Positions 37,953 to 51,066 are shown, numbered from the whole stretch's first letter. The stretch is DNA of 62,389 nucleotides, filler included, from Nemertoderma westbladi (GCA_032718475.1; 3 parts of 3 records of this genome joined end to end with filler, not necessarily neighbours in it), one strand, 5' to 3'. The notes: a model not told the origin generated them from the letters alone. Made by a program: numbers and translations.

Positions 37953-38442
37953 TGTGTGACTATATTATTTTATATTTGTTTTTATTATTTTATATTTATG
38001 TATGTATTATTATGTAATTTTATTATAATCGTTTTCTTTAATTTTATTTAGTAGAATGTTATTTTAGCGATTATCTAGTAGATTAGTGCAATATATATTC
38101 GCGTTTATTACTTAATTACTTATATATTATATATTTAGTGCGACGGCGAGAAATAATTCTTTTTCTCTTTCCTTACTGTCCGTATTACATTATAAATACG
38201 TGACTACAGTAAGTTGAAATATCCGTACTTATTAAAGTACAATAAAGCTCCTACTATATTCAAGTATTATTGGTAAGTAGAGTATTAGGAATGCAAAGTT
38301 CAGATCCTCGTGTCTCGGCTAAACCAAGCTCTGGGTAGACCTTGGAAACGACTTGCCTCTTCTCACTGACATTGCTTCGTGCGATATTGCTCTCATACCG
38401 TATATTAAATAATACATATAGTAGCGTGATGTCCCTTTAACA
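37953..38442 (+). repeat. Putative 3' LTR of the BEL element
   Basis: Follows the ORF stop and a purine-rich GGAGTGGG tract; starts TGT; contains TATAAA (38191) and AATAAA (38241); plausible end TTAACA. No partner LTR to confirm the boundaries. Confidence 0.55.
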
Positions 38443-39959
38443 GTAGCGTATAACGCAAAATAAATCTGTTAAACCCTTTGACCATCTGTAATTCTAGTGG
38501 ATTTAGATATCGCGGCACCCACCGATATACTTGAAAGACAAAATTCTAGAATCAGTGGTTAATGTCCCTAGACATGTTCTGGAATAAACCGGTGCCCATC
38601 TTAAATATTAATTATTAATATTTATAAAATCTGTCAAATTTTAGATCCTTTAAAATTCTAGTCTATTAAGATATCGTAGCACTTACCGATATTCTTAAAA
38701 AGACCAATTTCCTAGAATCAAGGATCCCAGTCCCCAGACATGTTCTGGAATAAATTTGTGTCTATTTAATATTAAATAATAAAATTTACGGGAATAAATT
38801 TAAATTCATCTTTTAATGAATTTGATAAATTGTCATTTTTATACAATTTATAACATTCCCAAAATTCCATTAATTAATAGATCATGGGAGCGGAGATTCA
38901 CCCTATTAAGTGTATTAGTGTGCGAGAATCTCCAATATATAGTCAATAGCCGATAAAATTCATAAAATCATGTATAAAGGGGATATTGACAATTAAAGAA
39001 TTACTATTAAATAGCATCCCAGATCTGTATGCATGAGAATTACCCTAATCCTACCGCTAGCTTTCCATAATGTCACCATAGCAACAACCACGCTAGAATT
39101 AGAAGTGAGTTAAATAACAATAGAAAGCTTGCCCCATTGAATAGCATAGGGAATAAATAGCACACTGCTAGTATCCAAGGATACCTAATAATAACGTGGC
39201 ATTCTGGAAGGCACTGACTAACGGACAAATGGCCCGAATGTGTGCGGTTTGTGACAGTTGTGTGGAATTTGTGCGTTTATAGGTGAATGTTACTACTAAA
39301 GTGTGTTTACAGTAGCGAGTCGCAATTGTGAAAGTAGCCCTAACTCTCCAGTAAGAACCTGAAGTAAATCTAAGCCTTTGGGACGGACGGTGGAGTGACT
39401 CGCGCTGGTTGTTGTGGTCGTTGTGCAGCTACTACGTTGGCGATAGGCACATCGGCGAAAGTACACCAGCGCTGAGGATCTTGCGCTGTCCGGGGGCCGA
39501 GAGGGGTAGGCAGCGACGCCCGCTAGCCTAATTATAACTAATTATAATATTGATAAACTCATATAGCAGATATGACTGAGTTGATAGAAGATGATCTTGG
39601 TATCAGGGAGAAATATACTCTACCGTTGCAAGCGTTTATTGATAGCTTGATACGCAGCGACGCTAGTCCAACTACTACGGAGGACGATGGTCGATATATC
39701 GAACCGCCGATGTCCCAGGAGCAACTTACGCGTGAATTGGACTATCGAAAATTCACTGCTCGCTATACGCATCGTAATGGTACGCATATGGACTTCTTAA
39801 CTACTGGTCATCCTATCGATTTACACGATACGGACGATGTCGACACCGAAAGGGAAATGGTACTATTTAAATATCCTACCCAGCGGAGTCGGAACGATAA
39901 ACTGAAAATCGAATGCGAAAATTCTATTCGAAATCGACTTGAAAGAGAAGACGTTAAAT

Positions 39960-40627
39960 AGTATCATCTTGTTTCTTGCGTTATATGGGTTTATGAGGGT
40001 CCTGAATCCGATGGAATCAATAAAAACATCTCTTGACATCGCAAACTTGTACTTTTTGGTGATGGGTACGAAATTTGGTGCTAGCACCAAAATTTGCCAA
40101 ATTACGCCGAAAAATACAAGTAGCAATGATCTGGCATATTAGAAATGTATTCCATTAGAATCAGCGCCCTAGAAAACCAGAAAATGTGAATTTATAGCAT
40201 CGTTTAAGTGAATTAAAAATTTTGTGTTCTAACTGGAGTGATGGTTACTTGTTTTTTTCATTTTTTTCCTACGCAAAGAGGACAAAACAGCCATTTTTAG
40301 TAATCATATAATTTTTAAATATTTTCAAATGTGTTTTTACGCCCCAGAAAACCTGTATTGAAAAACAATTAGCCAAAAAATGTAACTTTCAAATTTTGTG
40401 TAAATTGTACACTACTTGTAATTTTGGTGCTGCAATATAACCACCCCAGTACATTTTTTCGAAATTTTTTTTTTTGGTCGGATCCAGACTACGGATACCT
40501 ACGTACAAACAAAAAATCAGACGTTTTCGTAAAAGTTTGTAGATTTTAGGGGGGGGGGAGGGGGAGGGGGGGGCAATATGACCCCCCCGGTATTTGTACA
40601 ACATTTTATAGCCCGGTACTAATAGGG
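39960..40627. mobile_element. piggyBac-like non-autonomous element, right end only
   Basis: Ends GCCCGGTACTAATAGGG|TTAA with subterminal G/C-run palindromes. Left boundary uncertain. Confidence 0.45.
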
Positions 40628-42091
40628 TTAAAGAAAACGTCCACACACTCTCCTCGTGTTAATGGCTGTTTGACTCCACGATATCAATGTTAACGAAAGC
40701 TGTAGCTTGTCGTGGGAAAGATGACTTACAATAATTTCGATTCCGGAGTACCCCCCATGTAATCTGATATGACAGATTAACAATAAAATTAGCAGCACCG
40801 GGAAAATATTTAAGCAACGAGCTTCAGTCATTGGATAATTGGTTAAATTACTCTCACCTTCAATTTCATTGGTCATAAATAACAGTAATCAAAGGTCATA
40901 AACCAAGTATAATAGACCAGAACGGTGGCCTTTTTTTTAACTAATTTAGTTTAAAAATACATGTGCGACGCTGAAAAAACTCTACCTCGGTAAATTTATT
41001 TTTCAAAAACTTTCCTTAGATTTTCAGGTCTTAGCGCTGCCCAAAAGTTAGTAGCCTACTTTTGCTTATTCGTTATTCATACTAGGACGGACGTAACAAT
41101 GCACATTGGTGAATGTCCATGGTAATACAGCATGCAGTTGTCTAAATATGGGCTGATTTATTAATTTGTTTTCTTGAAAAGAAAACTCATTTTCAGTCTC
41201 TCAGTTTCAGTTTCAATTTCCAGCCCAGTTTCTCATTTTCATAATGTCAAAATAAATTACAACTAAATAAAAATAACGCTAACAAAACAAAAAGGGGTTA
41301 GGGGGTAATGCCTATCCCACTCTCCTATGACAATTTGTTAAGCATCAAAGATTAAATTAGGCATTGCTTCTTTAAGATTTGGAAAGTTCTGTTTAATATC
41401 GGATAGCCGCCTAGAGTACATACAGCAGTACATTACTGCAGTAGCCTACAGAGTAGTACTCGTACAATGTGCATTTCATTGACGACGAAATAACTTAGGC
41501 CTAATTATGTGCTGAGTCAGGAAATTGCTCTACTGTATTTTCATTAATGATATCTTTAATCAACGATTCTGATTATTTAAGTACCGGTAGTCCTGCACAT
41601 ACAATTATACCAACACACAGACCGCACTTCGAGATGAGTGGTACTGTTTATATTCATGATGAGAATCGAACAATATAAACCGGATATTAAATGAAAGAGA
41701 TGAGATCGGGGTGGGAAGTGGACACGGAATCCTTGATTAATGAGAATTGTTGCTAATTAAATATCTACGGGGCTGGGTTGTGACATTAAATAAGAAAAAT
41801 CGGAATTAACGTAAACAAGTGCAAGTGCAAAAACAAGCTTCCCTCCCAGTATCACTCGGGGGGTTGGGCATTAGGAGTACGCGGGACGTTTCAGTACCTG
41901 CCTTTTTGGCATCAGTCTTCGGATGCACTCCCCTACTCCGAGCACTCCTCCCTCCTCATGTTGAAGGTAACACAGATCCAGCAATAACCCTGGCTATGAC
42001 ACAACTCCCCCCAGGAACAAGTCCACCACCCAACCCTTCTATACAGAAAGCGTGGGACCACCCCATGAGCGTTATCCGGTTTGAAGAACTA

Positions 42092-44478
42092 CAGTCTTGT
42101 TCACAATTAAAATCCATTCTTCAATCTGCATCAATCTGAATCAATCTACTCTCGTAGAAAAATAATAGTTAGATTGATGAAATTGAACCTACTTTCAACT
42201 TCTTCAATCCAGACTTTCTGTCTAGATTGATCAGATTTAACAGATTGAAAATCCCTCTATGCAGAGATGCCATGGGTTAGTATAGGGCAGTGAATAAAGA
42301 GCGGGGGCGGCTAGGCGGGTAGACTAAGCTCAAAGAGCAGGGCGGCTGCATCAAACAACTATAGGCCAGGCTACTAATGGGATCCCGTAAAGCCTTAGAT
42401 TGATTGACAGGCACTGTAACAATACAGTTGGTGTGTGTGTGTGTATGTGGTGTTCTAAGTTCTACTGAATTGCGGTTTCATTACCCCTGCATAACTTAAC
42501 TATAGTTAAATTCCTCGGATCTAGGACACTTCCCCCCCGGACACTTCCCCCCCGGACACTTCCCCACCGCCCAAGTAGGACACATCCCCCCCGGACACTT
42601 CCCCCCCGGACACTTGCCCCCCGGACACTTCCCCCCCAGTTAAAGTTTAAAATTAATCTGGGTGCATCAAAGCAATAAACAAAAGTTAAAGATGGTTACA
42701 GGACAAGTTGTATCTAGACAAGTTTTTTCAAAATTATAAAAGAAACATTTTTATAGTCAAATTTTGTTTGTTTATCTTTTAATTCCTTTAATTCTTTTAA
42801 TTTCTTTTAATTGGGGGCTGCCGCCCCCAAACCCCCGCTTCTTTTGTTGGGGGCTACCGCCCCCAAACCCCCGCTTCTTTTTTTTTATCGCCCCCAGACC
42901 CCGGCAGTTCCCTGAGTGCCCGGGGTGAAAGACTTAAGACCACTTTGAAATAATTAATTCATGTTTGAATCATCAGATAATAAATTGACTAAGCCTAAAG
43001 TAGGAGCTGTATTGAATGTTAACCAATTTAATATATAAATTACTACAATATTATATAATTCAACAAAATCCTATTAAAAATATTGCAAGTAACCAGGAAA
43101 TTTAATATGTAGTGTGTATAATATCTATATAGTATGTGTATAGTAATATGTATATCAATATGTAATGCTGAACACAGAATACAGGTCGACGCATGTCGAT
43201 TTTACCCTGGAGAGGTATAATTTTGATTGCAACAATAATATTCATCCCCATCTGCTACAATTTGAAGAAGACTATTACATAATAATACCTATAATTAAAA
43301 CAATTATTTATTATAATTCTATAGTTAATAAAAACAGTATATCATTCCGGGGATGGAATTTATAGGTTATCTAATATAATTAATTGTTTAAAGATTAGCA
43401 AACAATACGATGTAATTGCATTGATAAAACCCATAAATAAAACTTGGATATAAAATGTAAATTCGGGATGCAAAAGATCACTTTCTGAGCTACGAAAGGA
43501 AAATTGGATACAACTTATCTGGATACAAGCGGTCCGTTTACCTTACAAAATGAAAAATACGAATGTGCGAAGTAAAGAACAGTCGGGGGGGAAGTGTCCG
43601 CGGGGGGGAAGTGTCTGGGGGGGAAGTGTCCGGGGGGAAGTGTCCTACTTGAGCGGGGGGGAACTGTCCGGGGGGGAAGTGTCCGGGGGGGAAGTGTCCT
43701 ACTTGAGCGGGGGGGAACTGTCCGGGGGGGAAGTGTCCGGGGGGGAAGTGTCCGAACACCAAATTCCTCCTTTCCAGTTTTGGTCTATACAATGTAGGCC
43801 TACTGTATAGATTATTGTACTTGGCTAACCGCACTATTCCCTGCATTAAATATTACAATAAACGAATAACCCCCTGGAAAAATGCTTGGTAGAATGTATC
43901 GTACTGTATAAATAATTTTTGAATAAATAATTGTTTATAATTAAATATATTTATGTTACTTATTATTCAATTATTTAATTTAAATATACAAATAAAAGCA
44001 TGCAAATAACACAATAAGGAATGAATAAATATAATCATAATCATTAGATCATTATAATGCAATCTCTTATATACAATATTTAATGTGCTGCATGTGCCTT
44101 AGATAGTTTACGTTTAGAAAAACCGTTCGTTATCGCTTTAGCCGCTATAGATATTTTAAACGTTTTTATTATTAAATAGTACATGTAGGCGCCCATTTAC
44201 AATGTTTTTCGCCCGCAGGCACTAATGTTTCGCGGGCACTAACGTCCCAAGACCATGCTTACTACATTTACTTTATTTGCTTGCAAGTGCCCCATAATGA
44301 TCCCTGCATTAACCTACTCTATCAAATCAACAGCTTTATTTTGTGGAGCCAACCATGACCGTCTGTCAATCACTCAGTGGGCTGGAATACTTGCGGCACC
44401 ATAAAAGATTTTTCCAGATTGAGCAAATTGAACAGATTGAACAGATTGAAGAATGGACTTTAATTGAGAACATAACTG
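42092..44478. mobile_element. Non-autonomous TA-TSD DNA transposon (Tc1/mariner-like) inserted in the CRE ORF
   Basis: TA|CAGTCTTGTTCACAATTAAAATCCATTCTTCAATCTG ... CAGATTGAAGAATGGACTTTAATTGAGAACATAACTG|TA. Removing it and one TA restores the frame IRFEELLAATSTLLSKARLL. Confidence 0.88.
42517..43760. mobile_element. Non-autonomous MULE-type element with tandem-repeat TIRs
   Basis: Perfect 9-bp TSD AAATTCCTC (42508-42516 and 43761-43769). TIRs are built from 15-bp GGACACTTCCCCCCC repeats. Confidence 0.9.
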
Positions 44479-46308
44479 TACTAGCAGCCACTAGCACCCT
44501 CCTCAGCAAGGCACGTCTGTTAGCCGCCAGGGCAGATCACTCTGGGGACTAGCTAAACGCCCTTCCAATATCTTCACTGGGACTCCGCCTCGAGGATGAC
44601 CAACTACGAATTGGCGTAGCTCTCCGCCTAGGCACTACAATCTGCACTGAGCATGAATGTAGGAGCTGCGGTATTCAAGTAAACACCTCAGGTGTACACG
44701 GACTAAGCTGCGTCCATAACTATGGAAAATACACCCGCCATGCTGAAGCGAACGACATCATCCACCGCGCCCTTAACTCAGCTGGTATACCATCCACCCT
44801 AGAACCAAGAGGCATGACGAGAGATGGGAAAAAACCTGATGGAATGACTCTGTCACCATGGTCAAAAGGCAGGATGCTTGTTTGGGACTATACATGTAGG
44901 GATACCCTACCGACATCCTACCTCCCCACGACGTCCCAGACAGCCGGAGCAGCAGCAACCGCAGCAGAGCGTGTAAAGGCACACAAATACGCTGACCTAT
45001 GCCATGACTACCACTTTGTGACTATAGCTACAGAGACCCTCGGACCCATCGGTGCTGAAGCAACCAGCACCATTCGTGAGATAGGGAGGAGGATCGCCCA
45101 TACCACTGGTGAACCCCGGTCCACAGCTTTCCTCCACCAACGCCTATCCATGGCGGTGGTAAGAGGAAATGCCACCGCAGTCCTCGGCACCTTCCCCTCT
45201 AACAGAAACCTAGACGAGATTTTCCTACTTTAATAGCGATCACCTCCTGCACGACGAATAGATGCCTTTTATTATTCCTTTCCCTTTTTTTTTATCACAT
45301 TTTAGCTCATATCACATTTTATCAAAATTAGTATTGTTGTCTTCTTAATTTGTTTTTTTAGAGTAGCATTATCATCTGCAGGCCCTTCTTGCTCGCCACC
45401 ACCCCTACACAAACTTATTTAGGTTATATAAAATGTCCCATTATTCTTATTATTGTAATATAATGTACAGATTACTTTTAGTTAGTACTGTAAATTTATT
45501 GTTAAGTGCATTTCCTGTTCATTTTTGAGTACATATTTCTTTAAGTAATTTGGAATTTTACTCCTGTGCATTGTAACTAATATAATAATATAATATCTAC
45601 AATATATATTTAGAATAAATTAACATTATCACTGTAACTTATTAAAACTGTTTGGTGATAAATTGATAATTATTTTATTTTGAAGATGTTTAAATTTGAG
45701 TGCAATGTGATTGGGGTTTCATTTAAATCAGAGGTTTGTTTAATTTTTAATTTAGCTATTATAATTCACTTTATTTTCTGTAATAAATTCCCCTAACCTT
45801 TGCGTTAATTTATGGTCTACATTAAACTAATTTACAGTATGGACAGAGCCACATATTGTGTTGTAATGGTTGACCATAAATAATTTATGGTATATGAATA
45901 GTACTGTACAATACTGTCGGTATTATTAGAAGGCACACTTTTACATTTTTTAATTAATGAAATCCGATAATTTCGACCCTAAAAGTAATTTAATACCAAT
46001 TACTGTCTCTGCTGATTGGTTTTTAGGGGTAATCCTATGATGGCAAAACACCACAAGATGGCGCTCAAATTAGAACAGCACAGTCAGCGTGTAGGCCTAC
46101 AGCATTGCAACTGCTACACTGCAGTTCTGTGTAGTTACGATCACCAGTCAGCCTGTTCACATGCGCCACTTGCCTGGCAGTCACTGTACAGTGTACACAT
46201 GTAACCCGGAGGTACCTGGGTACCGTATGCCGTAATGCGTATGCAGTGTTGGGTTAGGGTACCGGCTGACCGGACCGGTTCCTTTACCCCTTCAGGCTGT
46301 ACCATGCT

Positions 46309-47290
46309 ACAAGTCCCTAAAAGGTGCCACCCTGATCCATAGCGCGGGAAATTCAAATGATTGAAAGACATGTTATTTGTACTGGAACTATATATTGGCG
46401 GTAAATTCAAATCTGTTTTAACATTGAATACATGAATAGAGTAAGACTAATGTAATTCATTGAATCAGAATAAATTATTTCTTAACGGTTTAACTCACTC
46501 ATTCGTTAATGTTGTTGATTTATCTAGTCTGGGGCTTCGAGCACCACGTGAACAACTAAACTGGCTGGTTACATAGTCTGGGACTTCGAGCAGCACGTGA
46601 ACAACTAAACCAGCACGTTTACTAGTCCGGGGCTTCGAGCAGCACGTGAACAACTAAGCTGACTGGTTAACTAGTCTGGGACTTCGAGCAGCACGTGAAC
46701 AACTAAGCTGGCGGGTTATCTAGTCTGGGACTTCGAGCAGCACGTGAACAACTAAGCTGACTGGTTAACTAGTCTGGGACTTCGAGCAGCACGTGAACAA
46801 CTAAGCTGGCGGGTTATCTAGTATGGGACTTCAAGCAGCACGTGAACAACTAAGCTGACTGGTTAACTAGTCTGGGACTTCGAGCAGCGCGTGAACAACT
46901 AAGCTGACTGGTTAACTAGTCTGGGACTTTGAGCAGCACGTGAACAACTAAGCTGGCGGGTTATCTTGTCTGGGACTTCGAGCAGCACGTGAACAACTAA
47001 GCTGACTGGTTAACTAGTCTGGGGCATCGAGCAGCACGTGAACAACTAAGCTGACTGGTTAACTAGTCTGGGACTTCGAGCAGCACGTGAACAACTAAGC
47101 TTACAGGTTAACTAGTCTGGGACTTCAAGCAGCACGTGAACAACTAAGCTGACTGGTTAACTAGTCTGGGACTTCGAGCAGCGCGTGAACAACTAAGCTG
47201 ACTGGTTAAATAGTATGGGACTTTGAGCGCTTTGAGCGATTTCCCGCGCTATGGAGCAGGGTGGCACCTTTTAGGGACTTGCAGACTTGT
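46309..47290. mobile_element. TIR element with a 10-bp TSD, carrying a minisatellite
   Basis: TIR CAAGTCCCTAAAAGGTGCCACCCTG.TCCATAGCGCGGGAAAT at both ends; flanking direct repeat GTACCATGCT (46299-46308 and 47291-47300). Confidence 0.8.
46523..47225. repeat. 49-bp tandem repeat, about 14 copies
   Basis: Unit CTAGTCTGGGACTTCGAGCAGCACGTGAACAACTAAGCTGACTGGTTAA; TTCGAG recurs every 49 bp. Confidence 0.97.
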
Positions 47291-47306
47291 GTACCATGCT
47301 TGTAAT

Positions 47307-47440
47307 CAAGGCTTACTAGATAATAGGCCATGCAGTCAGAATTCAGCCTTCTAACCCTTCTGAAGTGTTTATAAGTGAAATACGATAGCAAGTTAGAAGG
47401 CTGAATTCTGGCTGCATGGCCTTTTATCTAGTAGGCCTTG
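47307..47440. mobile_element. Small foldback MITE
   Basis: ~49-bp inverted arms CAAGGCTTACTAGATAATAGGCCATGCAGTCAGAATTCAGCCTTCTAAC and GTTAGAAGGCTGAATTCTGGCTGCATGGCCTTTTATCTAGTAGGCCTTG. Confidence 0.75.
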
Positions 47441-49322
47441 CTTCTTTGCTTGTAATACACTAGAACACTGATCAGCTGATGCTGAATTGATTCATCCAAG
47501 CCGCCTTTGGTCAACAAGACCCAACAACCAACCAGCAGACAGTATTTGGTATTAAATTACTTTTATGGGCGAAAATGGGACGAAATTATCGGATTTTATT
47601 AATTACGTACAAAATGTAAGGTGTGCCTTAATAATGCCGATCTCACTGGAAATCGAGATTTTGTCTATTGTTTTATAATTTCGATATTTTCGTTGATAAT
47701 TTCGCCTTTGTCGATATTTTCGTGTTTTATAACTATCCTATATGCAGTAGGCCTACGCACTCAGTGTGAACAATGTACTTTATTTAACCAGCTTTATTAT
47801 CAAAAAGTATCCAGCTGGTAATGTTTTTGTTAAAATAGAGGCCTAATTTGCTGCCTAACTTTTAACAGCATTCGTGCTGAGAGGGCGACCTACAATTTTA
47901 AATCGACCTTTTGTTATCGTACAATATTTTACTGTACCTTGTGTTGTGTTGGGTTGGGTATCTGTGCATCTTTCTATTTACTGTATAGGCCTACTGTACC
48001 TCCAGCACTACTTAACGAACATAATACAACAACTGCGGTAGGCATATGCTGGCTACTTGCTTCAACAATAGATTTACGCACTCCCACTGCCGCCAATCTT
48101 TATGATCAAGATTGCATGTAACGGCGATCAGGTTTTCAGCAATATGGTTGCATGCTGTGTTGCATAGGCAAGGTGGGTGACCTTTTTATAGGTCGTCTTG
48201 CGCACTAATAATATTATCCCATTTCCACCTTTTATTACTGTAGTGTTGTGCTCTTCGGGATAATAGTTACACAGTATACCAATCCCTATAATGTAGGTCA
48301 CCGGTTCGATCCCACCTCAAAGTCAAATCCAACTTTGCCGCTAAAGTAAGTTATAATCAAGAAAAAAATTAAAACACCTCACCGAATACGAAGATAATTT
48401 GTTATGATCGGCTTACTGATATTACCAGATCAAGAAAATGCGACTAGAGTAAATTCTATATTCTCATTCTTTTATTGGATGAGTACAAAACAAAGACCCA
48501 AGATCCTTGCGTTAAGGCTGCATATTAGCCTATGTGCCGTCATACGTTTCTGTAGATATCCAGCAAGTTTAATATAATGGTAGGATGCCTTTCGTGGCGT
48601 GCAGGCCTAAGCAATAAGCATACTCAAATGATTAATATGCCGTAGATAGCATCACATTGTAAGCCTACAGTAGTAAACATTCTGCATTGAATTGTTTAGA
48701 ATTCAATTTATTATATATACAGTTAAATATATCAACAAGCGTGAAATACAGTAGCTACAGTTTATAGTAAACTACAATAATAAACTTGTAATCTACAGCA
48801 TGAGATAATATCCGTGTCTCAAGACCCTTACTCGTCATAAATATTTAAGGTTTCTGTAATAAATAGGGCCTAATTTAAGAATAATAATAATACAGTAATG
48901 TTATTTAGTAAGTAGGCCTAGTTTGTTTGCTTTATCTCACACAACAATGTTTAGGTTGGAAATCGTTTTGTTACTCCCACACTTCCACTTGTTACTCCCA
49001 CACTTCCACTTCCCTGTAATACACTAATGTGAACATACAGTAGAATACATTATACTGTACTACTGAGAATACTGTGAATACAGGTAGGGCCTAATTAGTA
49101 ATACATACGTAATAATAATACTGTACAGTAGTAACATGAGTGCGTAATGTATCACTTGGCAAACTCTCTAAAGAGTGATTGAGTAATTAATTCTGCTGTA
49201 GGTCTCCGTACCAAGTATAAATAGTCCTACATTGTAGGCCAACAAGAGACTAGCCTACATTACTGTATTTTTGTCCTGGACACATTGTCTATATTTATAT
49301 TGTCGGCTGGTTGTCTGTTTAT

Positions 49323-49505
49323 TACGGAGCCCCTAGAGGGACATTAAAAATAAAAATATTTGTTACTAAGTCGAGCGAACGACTTAAATAACTCGTGCGA
49401 ACGACTTATGTAGTAACGCGTGTGAAGGACACACTAAGTTGTGCGAACGACTTAAATAACTCGTACTCTAAATAACTCTTACTACGTCGTGCGCATGATT
49501 ACTAC
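49323..49505. mobile_element. DNA-transposon terminal fragment with short CGTGCGAACGACTTA repeats
   Basis: TACGGAGCCCCTAGAGGGACAT start followed by 4-5 degenerate repeats. Only one end visible. Confidence 0.45.
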
Positions 49506-49564
49506 TATATCTCTAATCTTATTGGTTAAATATGACGTCTTGTTATACTGTAGGCCTAAATGAT

Positions 49565-50100
49565 AATGTGGGGCGAGCCACGAAGTAAGCGAGCTGTAGC
49601 ATACAATTGAATACAGGGCCAAATCGGCGTTGTCCATGTCTGACTGTCACGTGCTTCAGTTTGTCTGTCTGGCTCAATGTTTGGACACCAACGGCTCGGT
49701 CAATTTTATAAATTTAGTATAAATGTACTGTAGTACTGTAGAGAAAAAGTTGTATTTAGTTGTAAATTTTGGCGTCCTGCATTTTCATGGCCTGCCGCTA
49801 GGTGGCGTTAAATATCTCATTTTCAAGGCTTAATAACTTTTGAGGAAAAATTTGTTTATTAAAAGAAATTTTAAAAATTTAATAATTTAATAATTAAAAA
49901 AAAATTAAATTACTAAAAACGATGTGGGGCCTACGTGCAGAACGTCACATGCATAACTGCAGACCGATTACCGACCCTTACTGTACAACGACACAGGATG
50001 GATTCTAGCATATATCTGACAAGTTTCAGCTTGCTTAATTGAATGGATCACGAATAACGGAATGGGTCAAAGATTTCACTTTCGGACATTTCACCCTCTA
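49565..50100 (+). mobile_element. HINE/Helitron-like non-autonomous fragment
   Basis: Head GGGGCGAGCCACGAAGTAAGCG shared with 7280 and 13243, followed by a GTCT microsatellite. Right boundary uncertain. Confidence 0.45.
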
Positions 50101-50883
50101 GTGTGTGTGGCAGACTAGCTACTTCAGAGTTCAGACCGATTTGATGAGTAAGCCATTATGGAGTATTCAACTACTGTACACAGTATTGTAATTGTACAAT
50201 TAATAACATTAACAGTTTCATAAGCGCAGTTTTCTCAGTCTCAACAGTTTCGAAAATCGGAATAACCTACAGTTATCAGTATGTAGTGTTACGAATTCGG
50301 TGCAGAGAGCAATGCAGTATTCTAATCGTCATATTTTTATTTTTACTTACGATCGCGTAACACCGTATACCGGTAGTTATTACAATTTTTATTATGGGAG
50401 GTGCTGCTCTGCTGCTGCTAATAGCAATAAATTGCATTAGGCCTACTGTAATTCATAATAATAATAAAATAAAAAAGACTGTAATAACAGTTGTAGTACT
50501 GTAGTAACTGGTGTCAGTTTCTGAAATGCGTCGACAATCTATTTATATTGTTTCCCCTTTGATTTGGAATAGCCTGCCGACATCTGTAAGGCAGAGCGCC
50601 AGAATAAATATTAAAAAAAAAAACACTACGGCGCGCAGCATCTTTTGAATGTTCATGGATCTACGTAGGTTGCTCCAAGGCCTTGTATCCAAAACTTTAG
50701 ATTTAGTTTAATTATTTAGCGTACGCTCTACATCTCCTTTTATACATATACATTATAATAATAAATATTTTGCAGTATCTATTTAGCATGCGTGCATTGC
50801 ATACACTACAACAGTAGGATAATTGTCAGCTTATTTTAGTCTATTATCATAGCATTATTTGATTTAGTAAACTTCCAACCTTA

Positions 50884-51066
50884 TAGTCAAGTAGAGAGTA
50901 CCGACCACCGTTCAAATTGGGTATGACTGCAGTTTTTATTTATTTTATTTATTTATTTATTTAAATTTATTATTATAATGTGGAACAACATCATGAGCAA
51001 ATAAAATTGCAGTCATACGCTGGAGAACGGTTCGTCAGTAAAATGTACCAAGCGTCTACTCGACTA
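50884..51066. mobile_element. Palindromic MITE, Academ-like
   Basis: TTA|TAGTCAAGTAGA ... TCTACTCGACTA|TTA (3-bp TSD, TAG termini), with internal inverted ACCGTTC/GAACGGT and ATGACTGCA/TGCAGTCAT. Confidence 0.65.

Larger units (their letters stand above)
32325..38442 (+). mobile_element. BEL/Pao LTR retrotransposon, non-autonomous; 5' LTR missing or unrecognisable
   Basis: Gag (KFNGDEMKWLPF...EKLRFLIECLEG), three Zn knuckles (CALCDGPHRLNVC, CYNCLRQGHQRRTC, CAKCGAKHHILLH), protease ALLDSGS, RNase H tail QWRHCPETINLADIASRG and terminal RPVGRLCLLE. The 5' boundary is approximate. Confidence 0.88.
41819..45595 (+). mobile_element. CRE-type non-LTR retrotransposon with restriction-like endonuclease, 5'-truncated and interrupted
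   Basis: QASLPVSLGGLGIRS (RT thumb), QKAWD, SGD*LNALP, RIGVALRLG, CCHC knuckle (CRSCG...HGLSC), RH..AND, KKPDGMTL..W..G..LVWDYTC (PD..D nuclease), QRLSMAVVRGNA; TAA-rich tail near 45590. Confidence 0.85.
45932..47627. mobile_element. Kolobok-like non-autonomous element
   Basis: ~50-bp imperfect TIRs GGCACACTTTTACATTTT...AAATCCGATAATTTCG and CGAAATTATCGGATTT...AAAATGTAAGGTGTGCC|TTAA. The left TTAA is altered (TTAGAA). Confidence 0.65.

Noticed and set aside
43538-43846. Gly/Pro-rich ORFs (GHFPP repeats)
   Set aside because: Translations of the MULE TIR 15-bp repeats.
46523-47225. CRISPR array
   Set aside because: No unique spacers; a plain 49-bp tandem inside a TIR element.
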